Shown piece after piece: positions 35,377-43,188 of a DNA stretch of 54,771 nucleotides. Positions within the stretch are counted from its first letter, which is position 1. Every line of letters begins with the position of its first letter. The notes under the pieces were generated by a model. The model saw nothing but the letters and a program-made list of their open reading frames with translations, was not told the DNA's origin and did no database searches. The stretch comes from Parcubacteria group bacterium (GTDB lineage Bacteria > Patescibacteriota > Minisyncoccia > Phycocordibacterales > CSBR16-119). A program made the translations under genes and the position numbers. The DNA is taken from contig CALRFT010000005.1 in NCBI GenBank assembly GCA_943356745.1, positions 1 to 54,771 on the forward strand. The letters are read 5' to 3'.

Positions 35377-35739
35377 TTAGTCAACAAATTCGATAAGCGC
35401 CATTTTAGCAGCGTCACCACCCCGTTGTGGGAGTTTCAAAATTCGTGTATAACCACCATTTCGATCCTTGTATTTTGGTGCAATCTCTTCGATAAGTTTT
35501 TTAGCTTCTGGATTTCGGTTCATTAATGTTGAGATTATTGAACGTCGAGCTGGAATACTTTCTTTTGCAACTCGTGCCTTTGTAATGAGTTTCTCAATAA
35601 AAGGTCGTAGTTCTTTTGCCTTTGCTTCTGTTGTTTTGATACGTCCGTATCGCACAAGAGATATAGCCAAAGATCGAAGCAACGCTCGTCGTCCGTCTGT
35701 GTCTCGTCCAAATTTTCTGTTTTTATTATGATGTCGCAT
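35377..35739 (-). CDS. rplQ: 50S ribosomal protein L17
   Basis: MRHHNKNRKFGRDTDGRRALLRSLA is the bL17 signature. Confidence 0.93.
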   Translation of the reverse strand: MRHHNKNRKFGRDTDGRRALLRSLAISLVRYGRIKTTEAKAKELRPFIEKLITKARVAKESIPARRSIISTLMNRNPEAKKLIEEIAPKYKDRNGGYTRILKLPQRGGDAAKMALIEFVD

Positions 35740-35798
35740 AATGTTTTATATAGTGTTATATATTACTGAATATTTCGTCTTTGGCAAGCCCCTTGTAG

Positions 35799-36797
35799 CT
35801 ATTTCAAAAGAATACCAAAATTTGATAGAGCGCGGCGGATTTCTTGGATTCCTTTTTCACCCATTCCATCGATAGCTAGAAGATCTTCTTCTCGCTTTCG
35901 CGCAATACCTCCGACCGTTCTAATTTTTGCACTTGCTAGTGCGTTCATTGTTCTTGTTGAAAGATTAAGATCTTCGATTCGAGTCTTAAGCATTTCTTGT
36001 TGCTTATCGAAATCATCTTGACTCATTTCTTCTGAATCTGATGTTCGATCTGCAGCAATTTCTTTTTCCATTTCTTCTGCGATTACTTCTGGCTTCTCAT
36101 CAAGACCTTTGAAGTCGTGAATTGATTGAAGTTGCATAATGAGGATTTCAACTGCTTTTTCGAAAGCCTCACGTGCTGTATATGTTCCGTCTGTTTCGAT
36201 AATTATTCGAAGTCGGTTATGATCTGTTCGATCTCCTACTCGCATGTTTTCTACTTCATACGCAACCCGTCGCACTGGAGAGAATGCAGCATCTACTGCG
36301 ATAGTTCCAATATCAACTTTCTCTTTTTGAAGAGATTCACGTGTAAGGTATCCAATTCCCTTTTGAATTGTGATTTCGATGTTAAGCTTTGTTTTTGAAT
36401 CTGTGATTTCACAAATGTATTGTTCAGGATTCAAAACTTCAACTTGTCCTACAGTTTGAATGTCTTTTGCTGTAACAACCTTTGGTCCGCCAACAGAAAT
36501 TTCAACTGTTTGTGGTTCATCGGTTAGCAATTTAAAACGAACAAGTTTGAGGTTAATGATGAGATGAAGAACATCTTCTTTTACACCTTGCAGTGTATCG
36601 AACTCATGTTCCACTCCATCAATCTTAAGAGATGTTATAGCAGCACCTTCCAGTGAAGAAAGAATGATTCTTCGAAGAGAGTTGCCGAGTGTGTGACCAA
36701 ATCCAGGATTGAGGTTATCTACTTCATAAATTCCCTTGTTTCCTTCTTCAGACACAAGTCGTGGCTTTGAAGGCAAAATAATTTTTGTGTTAGACAT
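35799..36797 (-). CDS. rpoA: DNA-directed RNA polymerase subunit alpha
   Basis: GFGHTLGNSLRRILLSS-type N-terminal domain and a C-terminal domain with LNLSTRTMNAL. Confidence 0.95.
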   Translation of the reverse strand: MSNTKIILPSKPRLVSEEGNKGIYEVDNLNPGFGHTLGNSLRRIILSSLEGAAITSLKIDGVEHEFDTLQGVKEDVLHLIINLKLVRFKLLTDEPQTVEISVGGPKVVTAKDIQTVGQVEVLNPEQYICEITDSKTKLNIEITIQKGIGYLTRESLQKEKVDIGTIAVDAAFSPVRRVAYEVENMRVGDRTDHNRLRIIIETDGTYTAREAFEKAVEILIMQLQSIHDFKGLDEKPEVIAEEMEKEIAADRTSDSEEMSQDDFDKQQEMLKTRIEDLNLSTRTMNALASAKIRTVGGIARKREEDLLAIDGMGEKGIQEIRRALSNFGILLK

Positions 36798-36856
36798 AAA
36801 TAAATTGAGCGCTCATTTATTACTAATAACCAATAAACAAAAAAGAAGGGGTTTGA

Positions 36857-37468
36857 CTATCGACTGTAGAATTCGATAACTCCGTGGAAGTCTAGGAATG
36901 CATCATCAGTTTTCGGTCGTCCAGTAAGTTTTGCTGACATTGCTTTTTCGTCAAACGAAAGCCAGTTTGGAAGATTTTTTTGTGACATCTTCTTTGCAAT
37001 ATCTTGGAAAAGAGGAGAAGTTTTTGAACTTTCTCGCACAGTCACAACATCTTTTTGTGAGATAGCTTGTGAAGGAACATTTGTTCGTTTTCCATTTACT
37101 ATAAAGTGTCCGTGAGACACCATTTGTCTTGCATGTCGTCGTGAAGACGCAATTCCAAGTCGGTACACGACATTGTCGAGTCGACTTTCAAGAAGTTCTG
37201 CAAGTTTTTCTGAAGGTTTTGCCCCAGAAATAGATTCCGCTTTTCGTACATAGTTTACGAATTGCTTTTCAGAAACTCCGTAAGAAAAACGGATTCGCTG
37301 TTTTGCAATCAACTGAATACCATAGTCAGTAAGCTGCTTTGGTTTCTTTTGATTTTTTCCTCCTTTTGCATGACGAGCCTCAGAAAGCATGTACTTTTGT
37401 GATTGACACTTATCGTACACACCTGAACCAAGTCGTCGGCAGATTTTAAATTTTGCTCCAAGAATCAT
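36857..37468 (-). CDS. rpsD: 30S ribosomal protein S4
   Basis: S4 N-terminus plus S4 RNA-binding domain (RLDNVVYRLGIASSRRHARQMVSHGH). Confidence 0.95.
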   Translation of the reverse strand: MILGAKFKICRRLGSGVYDKCQSQKYMLSEARHAKGGKNQKKPKQLTDYGIQLIAKQRIRFSYGVSEKQFVNYVRKAESISGAKPSEKLAELLESRLDNVVYRLGIASSRRHARQMVSHGHFIVNGKRTNVPSQAISQKDVVTVRESSKTSPLFQDIAKKMSQKNLPNWLSFDEKAMSAKLTGRPKTDDAFLDFHGVIEFYSR

Positions 37469-37507
37469 GTGTTTGTTCTACAATTAATTAGTTATTAGTA
37501 AGACGGA

Positions 37508-37942
37508 TTATACTCGTCGTGGCTTTCGTTGACGTGTTCCGTTGTGTGGAATTGGTGTTCGGTCTTGAATTCGAGAAACCTCGATTCCATGAGCCATAAA
37601 AGATCGGATTGCTGGTTCACGACCTGAACCTGCGCCCTTTACAACTACTACTGCTTCTTTTACACCAATGTTTTTAGCTTTTTCTCCTATAAGTTCACCA
37701 ACTTTTGCAGCTGCGAATGGAGTACCCTTTTTTGCACCCTTAAATCCTAGTGATCCTGTTGAAGACCAGAAAATAATGTTTCCTTTATCATCACCAAAAG
37801 AAACTTTTGTATTGTTAAAGGTCGCTTCAACAAAAAGCGTTCCTTCAGCAAGTTTTCTCTTTGGAGTACGAGCGAGTGAACGATTTTTGAGATCTTTATT
37901 CACTGATGTACCTTTTGTTTTAACAATTCTCTTTTTTCCCAT
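37508..37942 (-). CDS. rpsK: 30S ribosomal protein S11
   Basis: ...ATFNNTKVSFGDDKGN...GFKGAKKGTPFAA.... Confidence 0.95.
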   Translation of the reverse strand: MGKKRIVKTKGTSVNKDLKNRSLARTPKRKLAEGTLFVEATFNNTKVSFGDDKGNIIFWSSTGSLGFKGAKKGTPFAAAKVGELIGEKAKNIGVKEAVVVVKGAGSGREPAIRSFMAHGIEVSRIQDRTPIPHNGTRQRKPRRV

Positions 37943-37972
37943 TGTAGTAATTTAAATAATTAGGTGTGATGA

Positions 37973-38353
37973 TTAAGTCTTAGTTGCCTTTACTCGACCA
38001 GATCCCATAGTCTTTCGAACGTTTCCTCGAACTGTTCGAGAGTTTGTTTTTGTTCGTTGACCTCGAGCCGGAAGTCGTCGCACATGACGTTCTCCTCGGT
38101 ATGAGTTGATATCTTTAAGTCTTTTAATATCTGCTGAAACCTTTCGTTTAAGATCTCCTTCGATAAGAAATGCTTCTACTGATTGTCGAATCTTGTTTTC
38201 TTGATCTTCAGAGAGTTCTACAGCTTTTACGTTGTAAGATACTTTATTTTCGTCAAGAATTTTTCGAGCCCGAGCACGACCAATACCAAAGATGGCAGTA
38301 AGTCCCACCTCAAGTCTCTTTTTATCTGGAATCGTAATACCTGAAATTCGCAT
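37973..38353 (-). CDS. rpsM: 30S ribosomal protein S13
   Basis: MRISGITIPDKKRLEVGLTAIFGIGRARA. Confidence 0.95.
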   Translation of the reverse strand: MRISGITIPDKKRLEVGLTAIFGIGRARARKILDENKVSYNVKAVELSEDQENKIRQSVEAFLIEGDLKRKVSADIKRLKDINSYRGERHVRRLPARGQRTKTNSRTVRGNVRKTMGSGRVKATKT

Positions 38354-38370
38354 AATAATTGTCTAAATAA

Positions 38371-38493
38371 TTAACCCTGTCGAGCTTTTCGTCGAGGGTC
38401 TTTTTTGTTAATTCGAACAAGACGTCCATTTCGTCGAACAATTTGTTCTCCGGGACGCAAGTTGTTTCTTTTAATTGATGATTTTATCTTCAT
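38371..38493 (-). CDS. rpmJ: 50S ribosomal protein L36, Cys-less (type B / YkgO-like) form
   Basis: MKIKSSIKRNNLRPGEQIVRRNGRLVRINKKDPRRKARQG (40 aa) in the canonical infA-rpmJ-rpsM slot. Below the ORF-track cutoff. Confidence 0.8.
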   Translation of the reverse strand: MKIKSSIKRNNLRPGEQIVRRNGRLVRINKKDPRRKARQG

Positions 38494-38589
38494 AATAAAA
38501 AATTAAACCAAGCGGGGGTGCCCCAAGGGTTTACAAGGGAACATACTAATACAAACTTAATAAAAACGCAAGAGGAAAAACAAAACGCG

Positions 38590-38802
38590 TTAGAGGCGTT
38601 TTGTGATTCTTCCTTTTTCTCCACTTTGGTCTGTTACAACCTCAACCGTATCACCAATCAAAACCTTAATTCTGAATTTTCGCATTTTCCCAGAAAGATA
38701 AGCAATCATAAGCTTTTCATTCGGAAGTTCAATACGAAATGTGGCATTTGGCAAAGCCTCTGTAACAGTACCTTGAACCTTTATTAGATTTTCATCTGAC
38801 AT
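38590..38802 (-). CDS. infA: translation initiation factor IF-1
   Basis: VQGTVTEALPNATFRIELPNEKLMIAYLSGKMRKFRIKVLIGDTV. Confidence 0.95.
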   Translation of the reverse strand: MSDENLIKVQGTVTEALPNATFRIELPNEKLMIAYLSGKMRKFRIKVLIGDTVEVVTDQSGEKGRITKRL

Positions 38803-38814
38803 ATAACAAAAACA

Positions 38815-38843
38815 ATTCTATCATGAGTTTAATAAATGGTCAA
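38815..38843 (-). promoter_or_regulatory. sigma70-type promoter of infA-rpmJ-rpsM... operon
   Basis: TTGACC-17-TAGAAT immediately after the upstream stop codon. Confidence 0.6.
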
Positions 38844-38844
38844 T

Positions 38845-40149
38845 TTACTCTTTATTTTCTGTAGTTAAAGTGACCTTAATATCTTCATTACTATCCGGGA
38901 ATCGATTGAGCCAGAATGGGTTGATATCAAATTCAACATACTGAACACCTGGATACTTTGCAATGATATTCTGAAATTCCTTCTTTTTTTGACCCACAAG
39001 GTCAAAACTAAGAGCTTCTGTATTTACGATTGATATAATTTCAAGTACATCGTCTATCTGAAAAGCTAGATTTTCAAGAGATTCTGGATTTACAGTTTGA
39101 GATACTGGATCAACATATGAAATATTAAGGTCTCGTAGGTTTGAGATATAAGCAGTTTCTTGATCAACACCCACGATTGAAGTTTGGAGTATGTAGTTTT
39201 CGAATTCAACAGCATTAAACAGAACATTGAAAAGTGATCCAGAAAGTGTAATGAGTATAGTTCCATCTTCTTGTATAGATTCTTTAATTTCAGTATTCAT
39301 AAGAGTACTGAGATTTTCTGGAAATACTGTTTTTTCAGGAACTTGCGCTCGAGATTTTTCAAAAAGTTCACCACGAAGCTTTTCTTGTAGCTCAGCTACA
39401 ATTCGGTCTTTTTCTTCTTGAGGTACAACCATTCGTTCACCGACAAATCCCCCTTCTATTGAACCGAGAGTTTGAGCTGTAATAGTATCAAACTTTGGAC
39501 TTTTTGCTTCTTGGAAACCAATTAATTTCAAGGTTTGAACTTCTGTTTGGTTGTATGTATCCCCTGCTTTTTCGGCATAAATATCAACCTCGACTGTACC
39601 TGGAGCTGGTTTTCCATCTTTTGTTGTTTGTCCTGGAACACTCACAGCTTCTTTTGTTTTATAAATCCTTCCCTTGTCATCCACTAAACGTGTATCAATT
39701 CGAAGGGGTTGTGCCTCGGGACCATGATTATTTGAGATAACCACCCTTCCCACAGCTTGCTCTTCAACCATTTGCTTTTCTCCAGAACTTGCGGATACAC
39801 TTACAGAACCATCAACAATCATGGTTTCGAATGTGAGTTCTTTTGAGACTGACTTTTTGTATGCAATAAATCGCTCATTGAGTGGTGTGTTTTCTATTGT
39901 TGGAGTAATAACAACTTCTGCGCCTGTAAAAAATACAGACAGACCAAAAAATAATCCGAGTATGAGAACAAATGCTAAATACCACAGACCTTTTCCACCT
40001 CCACTTGGATGATTGTGTCGTGAATTGCCAAGACGACTCGGCGATGTTACCGGAGTTCTTTTGAGAGGTTTTTGAGGTTCACTGTGGCGATATTCATTAC
40101 CGTAGTGAGTCATTGGTTTTTTTATATCATGTAACTTACTGAGTGACAT
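38845..40149 (-). CDS. single-pass membrane protein with large extracytoplasmic domain, hypothetical
   Basis: Basic and His-rich N-terminus, one TM helix (LWYLAFVLILGLFFGLSVFF), then ~350 aa outside. 5-nt gap to the upstream gene. Confidence 0.65.
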   Translation of the reverse strand: MSLSKLHDIKKPMTHYGNEYRHSEPQKPLKRTPVTSPSRLGNSRHNHPSGGGKGLWYLAFVLILGLFFGLSVFFTGAEVVITPTIENTPLNERFIAYKKSVSKELTFETMIVDGSVSVSASSGEKQMVEEQAVGRVVISNNHGPEAQPLRIDTRLVDDKGRIYKTKEAVSVPGQTTKDGKPAPGTVEVDIYAEKAGDTYNQTEVQTLKLIGFQEAKSPKFDTITAQTLGSIEGGFVGERMVVPQEEKDRIVAELQEKLRGELFEKSRAQVPEKTVFPENLSTLMNTEIKESIQEDGTILITLSGSLFNVLFNAVEFENYILQTSIVGVDQETAYISNLRDLNISYVDPVSQTVNPESLENLAFQIDDVLEIISIVNTEALSFDLVGQKKKEFQNIIAKYPGVQYVEFDINPFWLNRFPDSNEDIKVTLTTENKE

Positions 40150-40154
40150 AGTGT

Positions 40155-41294
40155 TTATTGTATTACCTTTATACTTGTAAAAGCAGCGTATATCATCAAT
40201 TTAAAGTCTGGTTCTAGAATTTTTGCACTCAAGAAAGGTTGGAGTGCTTCTGCATTCATTAGTATAGCATGCAAATTTTTGTCTGATACTGAAAGATGTT
40301 TATTTCTTGGATCTTCTAATGCATTCTTAATCCAGAAAAATGTTGTTGGTTTGGAAATTACTACACAATGTTCTGGAAGTGGAATATTTTTTGTAACTTC
40401 CTGAAGAGAAGAAACAAAGTGTCTTCTCCACTCTTCTTGAACATTTGATACTGTTTTCCGAAGACCCAAAGATGCGTTCTGGTGCATAGTTCCTTGATTG
40501 AGAGTTTTAAGCTCAGAAAGAATAATATCTGGATGAATATTTTGTTCCCCTGCTTTTGAGAAAATGAGATGTTCACCACTCAAGATAACCTCTCCGTGAA
40601 CAAGCGAACCTTGATTGATGATTGAAACTTCACTATACAAACCTTCAATCGAAACTAAAACAAAATTATCAAGATATTGAAACGCATCTCGACTCACCAC
40701 GGACTGCACCAGCATTGAAGTATGGAAATAGATATCTTTTGATGTATGTCTTTCTATTGTATTTTGAAGTATTTGTTTAATATCTTTCCCCACAAGACTC
40801 ACGTAACTTGAAACTTCCACTCGTCTTGTATATTCTTTTTTGAAATCATGAATCTCGTATCCATTAATTCCAATATGAAGAATATTTTTTTCAAGAATCT
40901 CAAAATCTCCTTGATCTTTGTAGGTATTATAAAAATCTTGAACAGTATCTTTGAGAATCTTTTTTACATCTCTTTCCCGAAATACAAACGGAGCTTCTTC
41001 GTCTCGAATATAAGTATCCATGTGAGATATGTACCACGGAGAAGAAAGCACACAGAGAACCTGATCTATTTTTGTTGGTTTTTTTTGAATAAGTGCACTA
41101 ATTGCAAGATCAAGAGTCTTACTAATGTTTTGAATTGAATAGTGGTCACCCTGAACAGTTTGAATATGTTGTGCGATGATATATGGTTTTTGATGATCTG
41201 AAACATTTACAAAACAGGTTCGAATATGCGAACTTTCAACACTTATCACAAGATGGTTTTGCGATGTTGGTTTTTTTGAACCAAAGAAAAACAT
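40155..41294 (-). CDS. hypothetical protein, possibly a divergent actin-fold (PilM/FtsA-like) protein
   Basis: N-terminus MFFFGSKK...LVISVESSHIR resembles the PilM/FtsA phosphate-1 region, but the DxG is replaced. 379 aa. Weak call. Confidence 0.4.
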   Translation of the reverse strand: MFFFGSKKPTSQNHLVISVESSHIRTCFVNVSDHQKPYIIAQHIQTVQGDHYSIQNISKTLDLAISALIQKKPTKIDQVLCVLSSPWYISHMDTYIRDEEAPFVFRERDVKKILKDTVQDFYNTYKDQGDFEILEKNILHIGINGYEIHDFKKEYTRRVEVSSYVSLVGKDIKQILQNTIERHTSKDIYFHTSMLVQSVVSRDAFQYLDNFVLVSIEGLYSEVSIINQGSLVHGEVILSGEHLIFSKAGEQNIHPDIILSELKTLNQGTMHQNASLGLRKTVSNVQEEWRRHFVSSLQEVTKNIPLPEHCVVISKPTTFFWIKNALEDPRNKHLSVSDKNLHAILMNAEALQPFLSAKILEPDFKLMIYAAFTSIKVIQ

Positions 41295-41347
41295 GTACTT
41301 GTATTATATCACGCAAAATAAAAAACAGGGTTTTCCCTGTTTTTTAT

Positions 41348-43117
41348 TTATTCCAATACTGCTTTGATTCTTCGAATACCAGCACTTGAAGCTTCTTCTT
41401 TTTGGATTTTAAATGTTCCGAGTGTGTTTGTATTTTCCACGTGTGGACCACCGCAAATTTCGAGTGAGTACATTTCATCTCCATTTCCGATTTGATACAA
41501 GGTTACAGTTTCTCCGTACTTGTCACCAAAGAGTCCAAGAGCACCCTTGTTTCGAGCGTCTTCGAGCGGAACTTCTTGGAAAGAAATCGGAAGACTATCT
41601 TTGATTTTCTCATTTACAATTTGTTCTACTCGTTTGATTTCTTCTGGTGTCATTTTCTCATTGTGAGAAAAATCAAATCGAAGTCGCTCTGGTGTGATGT
41701 TTGATCCTTTTTGGAATACATGATTTCCCAAAACATCTCGAAGTGCCTGATGCAAAAGATGAGTTGCTGTGTGGTATTTTACTTCCATGTCTGAATGACC
41801 AGCAAGACCTCCTTTGAATTTTTGTTCTGCGCCGAGTCGTGATTTATCTTGGTGTTCTTTCATCTTTGAATGGAAATCATTTTCATCAATACTTTCGCCT
41901 CGAGAAAATGCAAGCTCTTTTACCATCTCAAAAGGAAAACCATATGTTGTGAAAAGAATAAAAGCATCTCGCTCACCTTTTTCAAATTCCTTCAACCCAG
42001 AAATCAAAGTCTTTTCAAACTTTGCAATTTCATCTTGAAACACAACAACGCTTTGAGCTTGCATTGTTCCATACACAGAATCATATTGCTTTTGAATCAA
42101 AACAAAGATATCTGCCAATTTTTCAAATGGAATTTCAATTTTTTGTGCGTTCACCATCGCTCGACGAATAATTCTTCGCAAAATATATCCTCGGTCTTTA
42201 TTACTTGGAACAACACCATCAGAAATCAAAAACATTGAGGCTTTGATGTGGTCAGCAATAATTCTTGCACTTATTCCTTGGTACATGAGTGCATCTTTTT
42301 TAATTGATTCCAAAATATCTGAAAACAAATCTGTTTCAAACACATTTGTTTTTCCTTGCACCACCATTGTCACACGTTCAAGTCCTGCACCTGTGTCTAC
42401 GTTTTGTTTTGGAAGTGGACCAACAACCTTTCCAGCTTTTTGCTCAAAAGCCATAAATACATCATTCCAAATCTCAACAACTTTTTGTTCGTCGTCTGCT
42501 TTCAAAAATTCTTCATGAGTAAGTCCGTCAACAAGAGTTCCTGTGACATCATAAAACATTTCTGTACTTGGACCCGCCGGAGAATCTGGTCCCGCTGTCC
42601 ACCAATTACTTTTTGAAGAAAGATAGAAAATTCTTTTTTCAGGATCGAGTCCGTGTTCGTTAAAGATAGCTCGCCAAATACCCGCTGCTTCTTCATCTCG
42701 AGCAACATTTTCATTCCCCGCAAAAACTGTTACATAGAGTCTATTGATATCAAGTCCGAGTCCTTCATCCTTTGAGGTAAGAAATTCAAAACTCCATTTG
42801 ATTGCATCTTCTTTAAAGTATGTTCCAAGAGACCAGTTTCCAAGCATTTCAAAAAATGTGAGATGAGTATTGTCACCCACTTCTTCAATGTCATTTGTTC
42901 GCACGCATTTTTGTGAACTTGCCAGCTTTCCACCTCCTGGATGTTCTTCACCAAGAAGGTATGGAATAAGAGGTTGCATTCCTGCAGTATTAAAAAGTGT
43001 TGCGTTTGTTTGTCCTTTTTCATCGGTAGTTACCAAAGAAGCCGAAGGAAGCACTGTGTGTTCCCGCTTTTCAAAAAAGTCCAAAAACCGCTTTCGTATT
43101 TCATTACTTGTTAGCAT
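41348..43117 (-). CDS. alaS: alanyl-tRNA synthetase, short form ending after the editing domain
   Basis: MLTSNEIRKRFLDFFEKREH..., editing-domain HTATHLLH and CGGPHV motifs. Start reset to the ATG at 43117. The 14 codons upstream belong to the repeat/terminator element. Confidence 0.92.
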   Translation of the reverse strand: MLTSNEIRKRFLDFFEKREHTVLPSASLVTTDEKGQTNATLFNTAGMQPLIPYLLGEEHPGGGKLASSQKCVRTNDIEEVGDNTHLTFFEMLGNWSLGTYFKEDAIKWSFEFLTSKDEGLGLDINRLYVTVFAGNENVARDEEAAGIWRAIFNEHGLDPEKRIFYLSSKSNWWTAGPDSPAGPSTEMFYDVTGTLVDGLTHEEFLKADDEQKVVEIWNDVFMAFEQKAGKVVGPLPKQNVDTGAGLERVTMVVQGKTNVFETDLFSDILESIKKDALMYQGISARIIADHIKASMFLISDGVVPSNKDRGYILRRIIRRAMVNAQKIEIPFEKLADIFVLIQKQYDSVYGTMQAQSVVVFQDEIAKFEKTLISGLKEFEKGERDAFILFTTYGFPFEMVKELAFSRGESIDENDFHSKMKEHQDKSRLGAEQKFKGGLAGHSDMEVKYHTATHLLHQALRDVLGNHVFQKGSNITPERLRFDFSHNEKMTPEEIKRVEQIVNEKIKDSLPISFQEVPLEDARNKGALGLFGDKYGETVTLYQIGNGDEMYSLEICGGPHVENTNTLGTFKIQKEEASSAGIRRIKAVLE

Positions 43118-43126
43118 GGGACTAGT

Positions 43127-43185
43127 ATACAAAATTTCCCTCTTTCCGACCAGAGCCACAAAAAATCCCCTTGTGAGGGGATTTT
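43127..43185 (-). repeat. 59-nt direct repeat, left copy (terminator hairpin + promoter-proximal segment)
   Basis: ATACAAAATTTCCCTCTTTCCGACCAGAGCCACAAAAAATCCCCT-TGTG-AGGGGATTTT. 45 + 10 nt are identical to 45234..45292; only the 4-nt loop differs. Confidence 0.9.
43156..43185 (-). terminator. intrinsic terminator after the repeat-protein gene
   Basis: Minus-sense AAAAUCCCCU-CACA-AGGGGAUUUU followed by UUGUGG. Confidence 0.7.
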
Positions 43186-43188
43186 AAT

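Noticed and set aside
43118-43159. N-terminal extension of alaS (MALVGKREILYTSP) and the analogous extension of the SET gene (45224/45236..45268, MWLWSERGKFC).
   Set aside because: Both extensions are translations of the same 59-nt repeat and terminator hairpin and start at GTG/TTG. Canonical N-termini (MLTSNEIRKRF.., MNSNL..) begin at ATGs just downstream, each with a -10 box in front.
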